64,000 nt of DNA from assembly GCF_009914755.1 (NCBI RefSeq), contig NC_060929.1. One strand, 5' to 3'. Of this stretch, positions 12,908 through 27,143 are shown piece after piece. A program made the position numbers and the translations under genes. The notes below the pieces were generated by a model, which was given only the letters and a program-made list of their open reading frames with translations, was not told the origin of the DNA and ran no database searches. This DNA comes from the human T2T-CHM13v2.0 reference genome, Homo sapiens. Positions within the stretch are counted from its first letter, which is position 1. Every line of letters begins with the position of its first letter.

Positions 12908-13231
12908 ATCCAATGGTTGTGGTAGTAAAAATATCACCCTGTATGTCATTATTATTCAGAATCATAAGGAAATAAACCACTCTACATAAGAATATTCTTT
13001 CTAAAATGTAATATACTCAGCCTTTTTGTCTTTTATTTCTTTACCTATAGAGATAATTATAGTTACTCATAGGTTCTTTTTTCCAAGACCACATGATTTT
13101 TAATGTGCTTCTCAAATAATACTCTCTCAATGAAAGGTAAAATAATAGTGTTTATTATATAATTTGCTACCTTCTTAAGTAGAATACATTCAACATAATT
13201 CAACTTTTTGTTATGACTCATGAGAGTAGGT

Positions 13232-13700
13232 CATCTTAAAAATAACTAATTATATAATTCCGTGTTGAATCCGATTCCTTATATAATAGGCATGTGTAGA
13301 TAAGATATGTAGCAAGCACCTAAGGTTTAAAAAACATGAGCACATCTTGAAATTGACAAAAAGTCATATTAAATGTTCTCCTTTTTCAAGATTTCAGGAT
13401 GTTGCAGAAAGAATGCCATAACTTCTGGGGGCTCTGTCATCCACTGAGTTTGAGGACCAACTAGAGCAATAATTTTGAATCTGTATTTCTTTTAAGACTA
13501 ATCTTAATATCTAAGTCATAAAGGACTTGACAGAAGTATAAAGGAATAGCCTCACGTATAGCCTGAGACACATACAAAGGCAGAAATCGGGCTGAATGAC
13601 CTAGTCAAACACTGCACACAGCCTGGGTAAACACCCAATTCACGGTGTCCTTACCTGCCTCGATTAGCAAGATGGCCCAGCAATGCCTCCTGAGGGACCT
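13232..13700. repeat. Copy A of an ancient local duplication (partner at about 25800-26320)
   Basis: 13385-13550 aligns directly with 25955-26120; 13232-13382 aligns in inverted orientation with 25800-25948. Confidence 0.85.
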
Positions 13701-13740
13701 ATGTGCCCCTCTTCTTCTCCTGCATCACTTTTAACCTGTA

Positions 13741-13772
13741 CACGTACACACACGCACACACACACACACACA
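13741..13772. repeat. Imperfect (CA)n
   Basis: CACGTACACACACGCACACACACACACACACA. Confidence 0.9.
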
Positions 13773-13934
13773 ATTAAGTTATAAGTTACATGTTAAATCC
13801 AGATGGTTTGAAGGGCTAAATGGTAAAGTAATAATGATAACAGCAATAATAACAAATATTTAGGGAATATATAGGGAAGTATTTTTACAATCCTGCATAG
13901 GGAAAGGCCTTCTATACTTTTCTTCTTCAACAGT

Positions 13935-14430
13935 GCCTTGATTGGTCCTAGGGGACCACTTACTCCCACTCAGTCCACGTGATTTGGGCCGGGATGAGCA
14001 ACCTCAAACTCCGAAGATAAGCATGGATGTAGGCCTGGCCAATCATAGTCTCATACACCCTCCTGGTCACAGGGTCTGTTCATGAATAGGACACATAACC
14101 TAAGCCAAGACAATCAGAGGAAATGAGACTCTAGAATAAGACTTCTGTTGAAACTACTGGGAACAAATATTTTCTTGGAAGGGTTGCTGAGAGGCCAGAA
14201 TGCAAACGCAGAGCTCCCGGCAGCCATCTTGCCACCAGGAAGGGAAGCCTCTTCTGAAGATGGAGACAGCATAGAATGAGGCGGACCTGAAAACGGGGTT
14301 AGGTAAGCAAGTCAACTGAATGATGTCGCTCGTGCCTCTGAATACAGAACTGCCTAAAGTTGCACTTACCCCTTTTTTTCCTAGGTCAGTTTACAGTTTG
14401 GGGCTGCAAACAAAAATTATAACGAACACA
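13935..14430 (+). mobile_element. MLT1K-like LTR
   Basis: AGGCCTGGCCAATCA...GGTCACAG...GACAATCAGAG...GGCAGCCATCTTGCCACC motifs. Confidence 0.7.
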
Positions 14431-15129
14431 CCTCCTTAGAGCATTCCAAATGAAATTAAAATTGCAAAATGCACAAAGGAAAAAAAATCTCTTTGCTCAT
14501 ACCTTTTCAATATAGAGAATATAAATCAAGATCTGAATACCAATCCCTAGATGTAGACAATCTTACCAACATAAAAATGTGATTGCCTGTCCCAGTATGA
14601 AAAACATCCTCCTGTAAACATTGCTACAACAATTTTTGAATCATTTAATTATTTGAAGATTACATCTCCAAGTATCAACAATAATAGAATATTATTACCT
14701 GCTTAGGAATAGACAGATTCAAAAAGATTTTAAAAGGAGGTGGCAGGCCATTAAAAACAACATGACAAATCATTTCTATAAAACTATTATTAGTGTCATG
14801 AAACTGTCCTGGTAGTATCTTTTGAGAAAATATGCACCAAAGAATTCCTGAAAATATGCTGCTAAACCTTGATTACAGCCTTCTGTAAATAGATGTAATC
14901 TAGGAAAACTCAAAAGCCTGTTATTTGTATAAATATAACATATTCAAGCTGACAAGCTGAAATTATCCGCCCTTTGTATTCTCCTCATAAGCACAGACTG
15001 TGTTATAAACAAATCCTTGCTAGTCTAGGCACCAGTTGAAATCCCCCCCTCCAAAATGGAGGCTATTGATAAAAGGCTTTTAATAAGTCGTAGTACAGAT
15101 AGAAACACATGTATGTGGTGACTGATAGT

Positions 15130-15450
15130 AAAGTATTAAGTTTTCTTATAATACTAAAAATTCAAATGCTTAGAGTCCAGACAAGACAAAAGCAGGGACC
15201 AAGGAAATGGTTATTGATGACCATGTAATGAACCTGAAGGAACGAGTCCCAACCAAAGGGGGCAGCAGTCACTCATGAATACATCTTCCCAATTCTGATT
15301 TTTCAAAAGAAGCTAGAAAACAAATTTTGTGTGTAATCTCTTGATATCAAAAACACGTGGCCCATTGGCCTCTAAAGTATTTTGCTTGACACACAATTTC
15401 TTAACATTTGTCACAGACATTTAAGATCTAGAGATTTCACACAAAATTTT
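15130..15450. mobile_element. MER102-like hAT fragments
   Basis: CCAAAGGGGGCAGC...TTCTGATTTTTCAAAAGAAGCTAGAAA, plus an oppositely oriented GAGATTTCACACAAAA piece. Confidence 0.5.
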
Positions 15451-17101
15451 GCAGTGACTGTTGCCACCTTGTCCAAGATGTAAGGGTGAGAGATTCGGAC
15501 CAATCTCTAAAGAAGCTCAAAGTTAGGACTGAGCAAGTATGGGCTGGAATTTGAGCAACGATCAAAGAGCAAGTATCCCAGCAGTTATGCACAAATCTCT
15601 AATTCTTAGATTTTAGACAAGTCATCTTCCCTCTCTGGGCCTGTTTCCATAAAATGACAAAACTAGATTAAGTAATAATATGAACGTTTCCTTCAGCAAT
15701 ACAATTTTATCATTCTATAAGAAGTCCCTAAAATAGCATCCCTATAAGTGAAAATTCTAGATTTCACCCATAACTAATAATGTACAAAATAGTTTACAAA
15801 AGAGAAACACCCACTACCTGTACTATTCATATTAGTAAATGAGTGTGTAAAAATAACTGACAAACTAATGTAATTCACAGACCTGTGTATTAAGTAGCTT
15901 CATGAATTTTATGAAGTTTTTCATGTCAAATACCATTAGAGAAACCACGCTCAACCTCAAAAGTCTCACAATCACACAGAAAGGGTCTTTATCTGTAGGA
16001 AGTATGGAACAGAACTACTGAACAAAATGAATGTATTTTAATACCACTCCCTAAAACACGGGAAGGAATTCTCTCCTGTATACACCCAAAAGTTTTTCTA
16101 AAACGGGAAAAAAAGGTGAAATCACAAAATCAAACACAATAAAGGTCAAGCTAAAGAATCATCTAGACTGGCAGCAATACCATAACTTCCTGTTATAAAT
16201 ATAAAGTAATGGGCTTTCAAATCAGAAATGCAATTTGATAGAAAGGCCATTCTACCAGGCTCTGGAAATTGAGTCCAAGGTGGACACTATCTGCCTCTCT
16301 CCAGCACTGTCCCTCCCCATCATTATCACCATTAATGATTTCCCTAATTCCACACATTACGTAAACAAAGAAAAAGGTAGCCATAAAAAAAAACATCAGA
16401 AGGTTAATCATCAGCATTTATTAAAAATTAATAGCACTACTGGTGTTTTCAGCATTTTTAAATTTGAAAATTTTAAAATTAAAAGTATAATTTTAATATT
16501 AATATCAATATTAATTTTCAATGTGTGCTATTTCTAAAATGAAGAAAATACTCTAATAATGATCCCAAGTAAATTTTCTTTATGTAACCAGAATCAATTC
16601 AGCGGGAGAGGAATATTCTTCTGTCTGGGTATAATTATGTTTGGGGCTGCCTGCATTAACTTCAATCTTCCCTCCTAACATCTTTATAAATTTAACTTCA
16701 TGATAATGTTCTATTCCTTTATCCTACTTCTTTAAAATAATCTCTCAAAGAAATCTTTAAGAATGTTTTATAATAATCACAAGAAATTAGTAATTATGGA
16801 TTTGTAATTAGTAACCACTGAATCTTAGCAGGAATTACGAAAAAGAAAATCTATGGAATAGTATGTGTCAAACAAATAGTCACACCTTGCTTGCCTTATT
16901 CAACTGGGCAGAAATCAGACTTCAGTGAAAACTTTTAAAAACTTCTTTCAGGTTAAATGAGCAGACACTTTTTGAATTAACAGAATTCTAATTTTTAAAA
17001 TCTCTTAAAAGAGACAATCTGATGTATTAACAAAAGAACAAAACAGAAGCTTGGTGATCTGGACTCAGGTACCAGCTGGTGCTACTGCTGACTGGCTATG
17101 A

Positions 17102-17692
<591 letters not shown>

Positions 17693-17859
17693 TAGAAAGT
17701 CTATAAAGATCTTCACTCACTTTTTTTTTTTTGAAACAAAACTGCCTTCCCTTCTTCCTCCTGTTCTTTTTCTCTGTCAAATTAAAATATTTCCCTTAAG
17801 GTAAACTTCACAAATAAGGGTCTACAAACTCCTCTATGCGCCCTTATTCTGGGTTTTCT

Positions 17860-18335
17860 TTTCACTAACATGAAGCTATTCTCATCTACACGATCCCTCC
17901 GACAACTTGCCCACTCCCTACATTTCAGAAGACACTCTCAAAGCTCTTGCTCTGTAGCCCCGACCTATCCCCCAAGCTTCAGACTCTCACAGAAACTATG
18001 TGTTGTACAAAGCCACATGGACATCCCATGGATGCCTCAAACTCAACATGTCCAAAACTAACCTCCCCCAAACATGTTCCTCCTCCCAAATTCTCTATCC
18101 CACTTCACAGCACCTCATGCCCACCACCATCCCAGGCACCCAGCCAGAGACGGGGAATCTACCTCACCACTCCTTCATCTCCCTGACTCAACACACATGA
18201 TACACAGACAAGGCTTTTATCTCTTACATGTGTTTTGAAACTGCCCCCTTCTCTCTATTCCTGCGACCATCACCAAGTTCAAGTAACTTTTCTTTTATTC
18301 ACATGTTTTCATCAAGCTTAGGTTCTCACCACCTC
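17860..18335 (+). mobile_element. L2 fragment
   Basis: CATGGACATCCCATGGATGCCTCAAACTCAACATGTCCAAAACT (translates LKLNMSKT). Confidence 0.8.
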
Positions 18336-18375
18336 CTGCTTAAGAGGCAAAACCTCTTTTTATATACAAAGCATG

Positions 18376-18377
<2 letters not shown>

Positions 18378-18417
<40 letters not shown>
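18378..18417. repeat. (CA)n microsatellite
   Basis: About 19 CA units. Confidence 0.97.
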
Positions 18418-18426
<9 letters not shown>

Positions 18427-19687
18427 AAACATATACACAGTATCTCTGTGGTATTAAAATGTCATAAGGGAGAGGGTGATTAAGAAAAAAATGTCTAAAA
18501 AGCCCAGGATGGTCGGGGAAGCATAATGATGAAAAGGTTGAGAAATGCTACAGTTATTGGATTTATAGCTCCTTATCAGCAAAGACTGTATAAATGTACA
18601 TGATAAAATCTCTAAGATAAATAATTCAAATTAAAATAATTTGCATTTTTGTTTTCTCCAAAAATTTCTTTTGTATCTTGGATATTATTGAATGTAATTT
18701 GCCCTCTGCCAAAGGGATGATGCCACTGGATAGTCATGAAGATGAATAATTTCCTATTAAAAGTAACCTAGAAATTAAGGAGTTAAAGTTTTGTTTTTTT
18801 TTTTAAGGAAATTGTTTTTTAAAACACATTATAAAATATGTGTGAGAAAGTAGCTAGGACTGAATTAAGATTGAATAGTTATTTATGTCTGTTTCCTGTT
18901 TAGCCTTTTGACAATGTTCAGCCCCATATTTTATAGTCGGCTTTGGATAAGGCTTCCCAGAATAACCTTGATGTGGGGTCGGCTGGTAGGGAGGACCCCA
19001 GAACTACATCCTGCAATTCACACCCTATGAACGCATACTCTGCTAAACTCAACAACTTCAAAACAAAAAACAAATGTCACTGTCCCATTTCCTCTGCAAA
19101 GCCCTGTTTTCAAACTCCAAAACACAAAGAATGGGAGGAAAGGAAGAGGAAAAAAAAAAAAAAACCCGAACACGTTTAGAAACAAAGGCACATTGTGAGA
19201 TAACATTAAGAGTCCTTTCATATTTTTTAAATTCAGCTAAAAATTCCCCTTCAAAATCTGAAAAATGGAACAGGTGAGTCTATGAGAGAAACAAATATCA
19301 CATTAGCAACGTATTTTTGATGTGTATAGAACATCCTTACTCAATATAACATACTAATTTATGGACAAATGCTTGTCAGGTTGGGCAGTTATAAAAATGA
19401 AAACCTCAAATCACAGAAAAAAATAAATAAAATAAAATGAAATAATAAAAACCTAACAACAGCAGAGGAACTTCCATGAATGGGGAGAGCTGGTGAATGT
19501 GAAGGAGAAAAAGATGATGGAGCTTTTTTACAGCACGAAGACAAAAATTCCTAGCTTTGGAAGTGGGTCTCTGAAACATGAGGGCATATTTGATTAAAAA
19601 AAAATTAAGAACAATAAAGGGAAGAAAGCTGATGGTAAAGACCACATTCTTAATACACCATCAAAAATGGAGGGCTTCTAGTAACCT

Positions 19688-19806
19688 GCTATGAACTAAA
19701 TTGTATCTCCCCCCAAATGTATATGTTGAAGCTCCAACCCCCAGAGTGATGGTTTCTGAAGATGGAGCATTTGGGAAATAACTGGGTTTTGAGAGGTCAT
19801 GAGGGT
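19688..19806 (+). mobile_element. MLT1A-type LTR 5' fragment
   Basis: TGCTATGAACTAAATTGTATCTCCCCCCAAATGTATATGTTGAAG. Confidence 0.75.
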
Positions 19807-19809
19807 TGT

Positions 19810-20312
19810 CTCACTCAGAATCAAAGTCAAACCAACAAAACTATCTCTTACCATGACCAACAAGACCATCTCTCTTCACCATCCTATCCCACCCCACCTC
19901 CAACCTTACCTATCTCCATCTTCTCTTTCTCGGACTCACTCTCCTGCAACCATAGTTGGCCTCCTGGCTGTTCACTGACTAACCAAGGTTGCTCTGATTC
20001 AGGACCTTTGCAATACTGTCTCCTCTGCCTAGAAAGGACTTCCCTCCACTGTCTGCATGGCTTACTCCTATAGCTTCTTCCCTTACAGGGAAATAAATTT
20101 CTCTGACTCCCATCCCATACACTCTTTTTTCTCACTGCCTTATTAATCACCAGAGCCCTTACCACCATCTGACATTCTTTCATTTACTTATTTGCTAATT
20201 GTAGGTCTTCTCTACTCGAATGTAAGTTCCATGAAGGCAAGAATTTTGTCTGGCTCATCAGAGCAATGTCTTACACATACTAGGTGTTCTTTAAATATTT
20301 GCTGAATGAGTT
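19810..20312 (+). mobile_element. L2a 3' end
   Basis: GAATGTAAGTTCCATGAAGGCAAGAATTTTGTC...AAATATTTGCTGAATGA. Confidence 0.8.
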
Positions 20313-20491
20313 GGTCTTGCTCATCTCTGAACTGTTAGTGCCTGGTGCTAGCTGTGTATATGTTGAACTAATGAGTATTCAAAGGAAGCAAGTCATGGGA
20401 ATAGATGAATTCACTCCCCAAGACAGAAGAAGAGAAAAAGGCCAAGCATGGAACACTGAGAGACTGGTAATACTTAAAAAACCAGACTGAC

Positions 20492-20636
20492 GGCTGGGTG
20501 TGGTGGCTCACGCCTGTAATCCCAGCACTTTGGGAAGCTGAGGTGGGAGAATCAGTTGAGCCCAGGAGTTTGAGGTCAACCTGGGCACTGCAGTGAGACC
20601 CTGTCTCTAAAAAAAATAATAAAAAATAAAAAAAAG
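20492..20636 (+). mobile_element. FLAM_C / free left Alu monomer
   Basis: Single monomer GGCTGGGTGTGGTGGCTCACGCC...GAGACCCTGTCTCT plus A tail. Confidence 0.9.
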
Positions 20637-21521
20637 AATCAGTGATGGAAAAGAAGCCAGTGGAGGAAACAGAAGAAGAGCAACCCAAAAATTAGAAGAA
20701 AAATTAGGATAGCGTATTATGGAAGCCAAAGGAAAAATGATCAGTAGTATCATAACTTGGCAGACAGGATGCGGGCTGAAAAGAAGTGGATGCATATAAA
20801 ATTAGTTGAGCTGAGGTAGTAGAGTCCAACTAATGACCCAGTTGCAGTTGGCTAAAAAAAGTGGAGGTAGAACTTTCGATGTACTTCTCTTTTAGAAAGT
20901 CCATCAGTAAAGAGAAGGAAGAGTCAAATGTGCAATGGCAGGGAAATAGAGCAGAGAAGGTATTTTTCAGAATAGAAGATACTTGAGTCAACGAAGAAGG
21001 AAAGACAGAAGAAGATATAAGAGGAAGTGAAGATAACAGAGAAAAAAGTTCAGAAGGGAACGGGAAGAGTAGAGGTAACCAATTAACCTTGGGAATAAGG
21101 AAGGAGAGAGATAGGTAACAATATACAGAAACACTTGAAGGAGAGTAAAAGTGCAAGAATTCCCGTCTCTAGTTTCTAAGTGAAGGAGTTCATGAGGTCA
21201 TATCTGAGAGTAAGAAAGGAGAAGTGTGGTTGTGGTTAAGAGCAAAAAAAAAAAAAAAAAAAACTTTAACAGCTGTAGGAGAAAAGAAGGAAATCAATCC
21301 CTAGTTGTCTGAGGAATACACAGAATTCCTAAGGCACGACAGAGGAGCCAGGAGAGCTTGTAAGTCATTAATCAGTATCAAAGCCAGCCAACAGGGCTAT
21401 AGCAGTTTCTGTCACACAGCAATTGGCAGCCTGCCAGGAGAAAAACCGAGTTAGAGTGGCTGTGCCTGGGACTGCATCTCAAGGGTCCTGTGGAGAATAT
21501 ATTCAATGACTGGTCATAGGG

Positions 21522-21937
21522 TGTGTCAGACCATTTTTGCATTGCTATAAAGAAATATCTGAGTTTGGGTAATTTATAAGAAAAGAGGTTTAATTGGCTC
21601 ACAGTTCTGCAGGCTGTACAGGAAGCATGGCACTGGCATCTGTTTCTGGTGAGGTCTCAGGAAGCTTACAATCATGGCAGAAGGCTAGCAGGGAGCAGGC
21701 CTGTCACATGGCAGGAGTGGGAGCAAGAGGTGGGGGTCGAGGGAGGCACCACACACCTTTAAACAACCAGATTTCCTGAGAGCTCACTATCATGAGGACA
21801 GCACCAAGAGGACAGCATCAAATCAACCATAAGAAATCCACCCCCACAATCCAACCACCCCTACCAGGCCCCACCTTCAACACGAGGAACCACACTTCAA
21901 CATGAGACTTGGGGGGACAAACACCCAAACCATATCA
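21522..21937 (-). mobile_element. MST (A/B) MaLR solo LTR
   Basis: TTGCTATAAAGAAATATCTGAG...GGCTGTACAGGAAGCATGG...CCAAACCATATCA; TSD TAGGG/CAGGG. Confidence 0.92.
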
Positions 21938-23358
21938 CAGGGCTTCTGGCTAAGCAGGGAAATAAAAGCAGCAGGTTTGGGTGAGGCTGACAGAATTGGA
22001 GAACAGGAAAGAGATCAGATTTTCAAAATCAGCATGATGATGAGAAGCAAGTTTAGTTAAAGTTGGAGAAGAAAATACCTGATTGTGCAGTCTCTGAAGT
22101 GGGAAGAACAAGGTTCAGTAAGTTCTGAGGAGTAGAAATGAAGGTCGCTAAGAGACGAAGGTCTGTGATTTTGGTGGTCTTGATGAGAGACATGATGGTG
22201 GAGAGAGGGAGAAGTACAGGGACATGGGTAGTAGGGACGGGACCAAAAAAAACACCAAGAGCTGGTGACAAAGGGCCATTGAAGATGGAGCAGAGTCCAC
22301 AGGTCCTGGGGGCAGCCTGGAGGGAGAACCATGTTGGCTGTGAAACTAACTGGAAATCCCACATCTTCTGATCCCAGAACAACCCAGCTCTGGAGAGATC
22401 TAGACTTACAAGTAGGCACAGTGAAGGTCACTAGGGTCACCATTTTAGTCTACCTGAAACACAATTCACTCTCTGAAAGAAGTTATAAAAAGCAAGGTCC
22501 ACCTCCTAACAGTGACAGGCTAACTTTATTTAACTAAATATAGTTTTACTATATTTAGTAATCTAACTTCAAATGCTTTCAATCAGATGCTATATTAAAT
22601 TGAATCAGCCTATCTTCCTAATTATTAAGCATGGCTTGGAAAAGCTGAAGGAAACACAACACTGCTAATTTGCACAGAGGCTTAGAAAGTGATTCACTTG
22701 AAAGCCCCCCCCTAATTCAGGTAAGAAGGAAGAAGATAAGTAAACAATGATGTAAAGCTTTAATTACTGGCTCACACTTTTTATGATAAAACACACACTG
22801 CAAAATTCTAAGGTGGCCAAAAAACTCTTAAGCATGCTTTGAACTTTAGTGCAAAGAAAGAGATACGTCTGTAGGCTTTTGACAAACATCTAGGTATTTT
22901 CATTTAATTTTCCCACTCTTGTTTGTTGAGTATGTTTTTCCACAAGCAGAATTAAATTAAGGAAAGCCAGGCTTTTTAAAAAGTAATTGAATATTAGCAT
23001 TAGTCAACAGCAACAGTTTGTAATATGGTATTTCCACTGCAGCACCTAGGGATGGCAGAAAACGGAGGCTGCTGATAAACTGTACTGGCATCTTATCTGT
23101 ACCCTTACTAGATTTCTAAAGTTTATTTAAATGGTTATTCTGTATCTGTGTCTCATAAAGGGATGTCATCAGAACTGCCACCTAAGGAGCTATTCCTAAA
23201 GACCTCAGACCTACTGATTCAGAATCTCCAAGAATAAGGATCCAACAAGTAGATTTTAACTTCTTCAGTGTCCACCACACTGTCCTGTTTAAGAACACCT
23301 GTAGTGTAATAAGGTAAGCATGAAGTGTCCCCAATTAAGAACACAATCAGCTTTAGAG

Positions 23359-23533
23359 CAGTGGTTCTCAGCCTTGTCTGCACAATAGAATCACCCTGGA
23401 GGACATTAAAAAATCCCAATGCTAGGCCACACCACAAACCAATTAGTACATCAGAATCCCTGGGGTAAGACCTAGATATTGGCCTTTTGCTGCCCATGGG
23501 ATTCCCATAGTCAATCAAAGTTGACAACCAGTG
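23359..23533. mobile_element. MER5-family hAT MITE
   Basis: CAGTGGTTCTCAGCCTTG...AGAATCACC...AAGTTGACAACCAGTG terminal repeats. Confidence 0.8.
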
Positions 23534-24164
23534 AAGCAGAGGACCACGTCAATCAACTGTTTAATGAATAAATGAAAAAGACTAATTTAAAATTCTCTGA
23601 ATTTTTCCTTATTGAACACAAGAAATGATATTCCATGCTATCAGCAACATGCAGACTAGGATCAAAGGGCTATGGACCTTATAGTAACTGGAGAGATTGT
23701 CTGTGAGTCATCAGGCAGACAACAGAAACCAAACTAAGCAGGTGGCAATGTGTTAGGAAACTCCTGAATGCATTTAACATTTAGTAAAAGGATCTCGACA
23801 TCACTCCAGGCAAAAGGAATGTTGATCTAGTAGTTAAGGTAAATTTTCTTTATGGAAGAGACTGCCTCATTAAGTCACCTTGTGCAATCCAGTTCATTTC
23901 TTCAAACCTTTCTGTTGCAAAATAGCATCAAGAAAGTTCTGAAGTCCAGGTTTTAGATACTTATTTTGCTCTTTTTAAAAGGAAAACACTTGCTACTTAG
24001 AAGTTCATCTATGCTTTTGCTCCCTGGACTTTCTGAAGTTTCAGCAAACAAGTCTTTAATAAAGATACCATGCATTTAACAAAGGACAAGATTTCTCTCA
24101 CCAGTTTAACCACCGACAGGGTTCATGTCACAGGATGAGGGTCAATCAGGATTGGTCAAAGTGA

Positions 24165-24892
24165 TGTCTAAAAGGAAGAAGCTGAGGCAAAATTAACATG
24201 GAGTTCATTTGGGCCAAGGCTGAAGACTGCAGCCAGGGACACTTCCAAGTTGCCTTAGGGGGTGCTCCAGAGAACTCAAGAGAGAACAAGTTTGTTTTGT
24301 TTTGTATTTTTGGAGACAAGGTCTCACTCTATCACCCAGGCTGGAGTGCAGTGGCCCAATCTCGGCTCACTGCAACCTCTGCCTCCGGGCTCAAGCAATC
24401 CTTTCACCTCAGCCTTCCGAGCAGCTGGGACCATAGAGGCGCGCACCACCATGCCTGGAATGTTTTTTATTTTTTGTAGAGACAGGGTTTTGCCATGTTG
24501 CCCAGGCTGGTCACAAACTCCTGAGCTCAGGTGATCCACCCGCCTTAGCCTCCCAAAGTGCTGTGATTACAGGCATAAGCCATCATGCCTGGCCCAGAGG
24601 TCAAGTTTTTTTTTTAAAAAAAGCAAGAATCAGGAGAGGGGACAATTACAATCATTGTTCACCAGGAATTCTCATTGTCTTACAAAAATAACATTGATTA
24701 TTGGCTATACATTGTTGAACTATAGGTATACGGCATTTTATGGCTTCTCGGCAGCAGTCAGCATAGCACTCAAATAGCAAGTGGCTTCAAGAGGTAATTA
24801 TTTAGCTCAAGGGGAGTGATATGACTCCTGTTTCATTCCAATGCCTCTCTTGGGCCTGAAAATTTAAAGGGGCTCACGTTCTTCAAATAATG
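24165..24892 (-). mobile_element. Probable ERV1 (MER4-group) solo LTR, split by an Alu
   Basis: Recalled similarity of GAAGCTGAGGCAAAATTAA...TTTGGGCCAAG...ACATTGATTATTGGCTATAC to MER4-group LTRs; subfamily uncertain. Confidence 0.5.
24290..24594 (-). mobile_element. AluJ
   Basis: GGGCTCAAGCAATCC and TTTTGCCATGTTGCCCAGGCTGG. Confidence 0.93.
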
Positions 24893-25163
24893 GATTATGA
24901 AGCTGGGTCATACCACTTCCACAGGGCACCAAGAGCAGCCCAAGTAATCAACATGTAACCCCATGTAATCAACACCAGCCCAGGGAGCTGGGAGTAGAGG
25001 TTAGGAAGATTGAAGAACTGATAAAAACAAAGTACCACCAAATGAAAATCTGTACTCACTCAATTCAAACACAAGTGGGTTCCCTGCCAAGCCTCAAGAG
25101 AAAACTGGAAATAGGTTAATTTTAAAGTTACAGTTAGTTATGCAATTGACTTAAGGAATCAGA

Positions 25164-25463
<300 letters not shown>

Positions 25464-25799
25464 TGATACATTATAAGTACCTACATAAGGTTAAGAAACC
25501 AGTGAGATTATTTTCCTAAACTAAAAGAACTTCCACAAATTTTGGCAATCTTTGAAGATCACTAACAAGTTTCTTAAGACATGGGAGCATTGCAAGATAG
25601 GAGCTTGGGGGTGATGAAATAGAGCCAGAAAAACTGGACTCTATTCTGCATAAATTTTCTTTCAAAATTAAGACAATCTTTTGCAGATTAAAATAAGGAT
25701 CTTCAAACTCTGTTTCCGTGGATCACTGATTCTCTGTGCCCTGAACAGAGTCATTCTACTACCCAAAATCAGATAATGAAGATCCTTTGTCAACTAACA

Positions 25800-26320
25800 C
25801 GGAGGAATAGTTAAGAAGATTGTTGTCAATTTCATGATGCACTCACATTTTGTAACCTTGGGTACTTGCTATATAGCTTGTCTACACAAGCCTCTATTAT
25901 ATAAGGAGTCTGACTTATTACAAAATTATACATTAGCTATTCGAAGCTTATTTTTTAACATTTTGAGGTGTCACAGGAAGAATGCTAAAACTTCTAGGGG
26001 CTCTGTCACCACTAAATGAATTTGAGGACCAACCAGAGCAACAGTCTGTAGTCTGTATTTTCTTTTATGACTAATCTTAATACATAAATCATAAAGAAGT
26101 TGACAGGAGTAAATGCATAGTTTCTTTTAGTAGAAGAGCTCTAAATCACAAAGACCCTCATGATGGTTTTATGAAAAGGGTCCTTTCAATTCCCTAGCAC
26201 CTAGCCTGGTGCCTGGCATGTAGTAGGCCCTTCATAAAGTGGTTTGACCTGAAGATGGAGACATAAGCACTGTTGTGTGTCCTTACACGAGTTACGTGGC
26301 TGGCACAGCCTTGCTTTCCT
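25800..26320. repeat. Copy B of the ancient local duplication
   Basis: See copy A. It may include a decayed hAT MITE at about 25693-26035 (ends GATCTTCAAACT and TTTGAGGACC). Confidence 0.85.
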
Positions 26321-26848
26321 CATCCAGAAAAAATCAACAGGGGAGAGGGGCAGGGGATAAATGTTATCACAAAATTGTTTACCTAAAGTTTAATAGGAAC
26401 TTATCATTTGCAAATCATATTAGTGAAGGTTGCTTTTTGCATTAGAGCAACTGTGCTCTCCTTTCTGCTTTGGACACTAGCAACTCTAAATTGGTTTCCA
26501 GTCTTTCACAGCTCCGTGCTGTGCTTTCAAATCCTCACTCCAGTCCCGTTGTGATCTGAATGTTTTTCTATCACGCCTGTTTAGAGACAAGGTCTGGAAA
26601 CATGGCACAGAGTATAGCTAACCACCTTGGCCAATTATAGGCATGACCCTGTAACCTTGTTTTTTCACTGCTCCAATCCTTCAATTCCAGGAACTTATGT
26701 TCCCAGGAAAAGCTAGTTACTGAAATGGACACACGTATAATTAGTTTAGAGAATGTTCCAAACTCTACTCCACGTCATTTTTTTTTTATCCTTGCATTTA
26801 CTGTTTGTTTTAATGGCTGGAAAGGGAAGTTTAAAAGGAAAGTGCCAG

Positions 26849-26955
26849 AAACAAAGGAGAATGTTTAAAACATACAAATCACCCTATAAACATAAAAAAT
26901 AAAAAACAAAGGAGAATGCTTAAAACATACAAATCACCCTATAAACATAAAAAAT
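26849..26955. repeat. 55-bp period tandem duplication
   Basis: AAACAAAGGAGAATG(T/C)TTAAAACATACAAATCACCCTATAAACATAAAAAAT twice, 1 mismatch. Confidence 0.97.
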
Positions 26956-27143
26956 TTTAATTCACTGGTAGTAAAAGATGCAAATTAATAATTACTATTA
27001 ACTTAATAAATCCACAAGATACTTTATCTTAGGTAGTAAAGATTTTGTTTCGTCTCCCTTTAAATTATAACATCTAGAGTTGAGATAAGGAGGTGAAGAA
27101 AAGGATAGTTTCTCTCATACTAAGCTGGTGGAAGTATAAATAA

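Noticed and set aside
14566-14611. Possible 45-nt in-frame minus-strand exon (EDVFHTGTGNHIFML) between TTTACAG and GTAAGA
   Set aside because: Weak polypyrimidine tract, a competing upstream AG and an unrecognised peptide; such splice-site pairs are common by chance.
16430-16535. AT-rich imperfect inverted repeat (TTGAAAATT...AATTTTCAA)
   Set aside because: Low-complexity AT sequence in which short complementarity is expected by chance.
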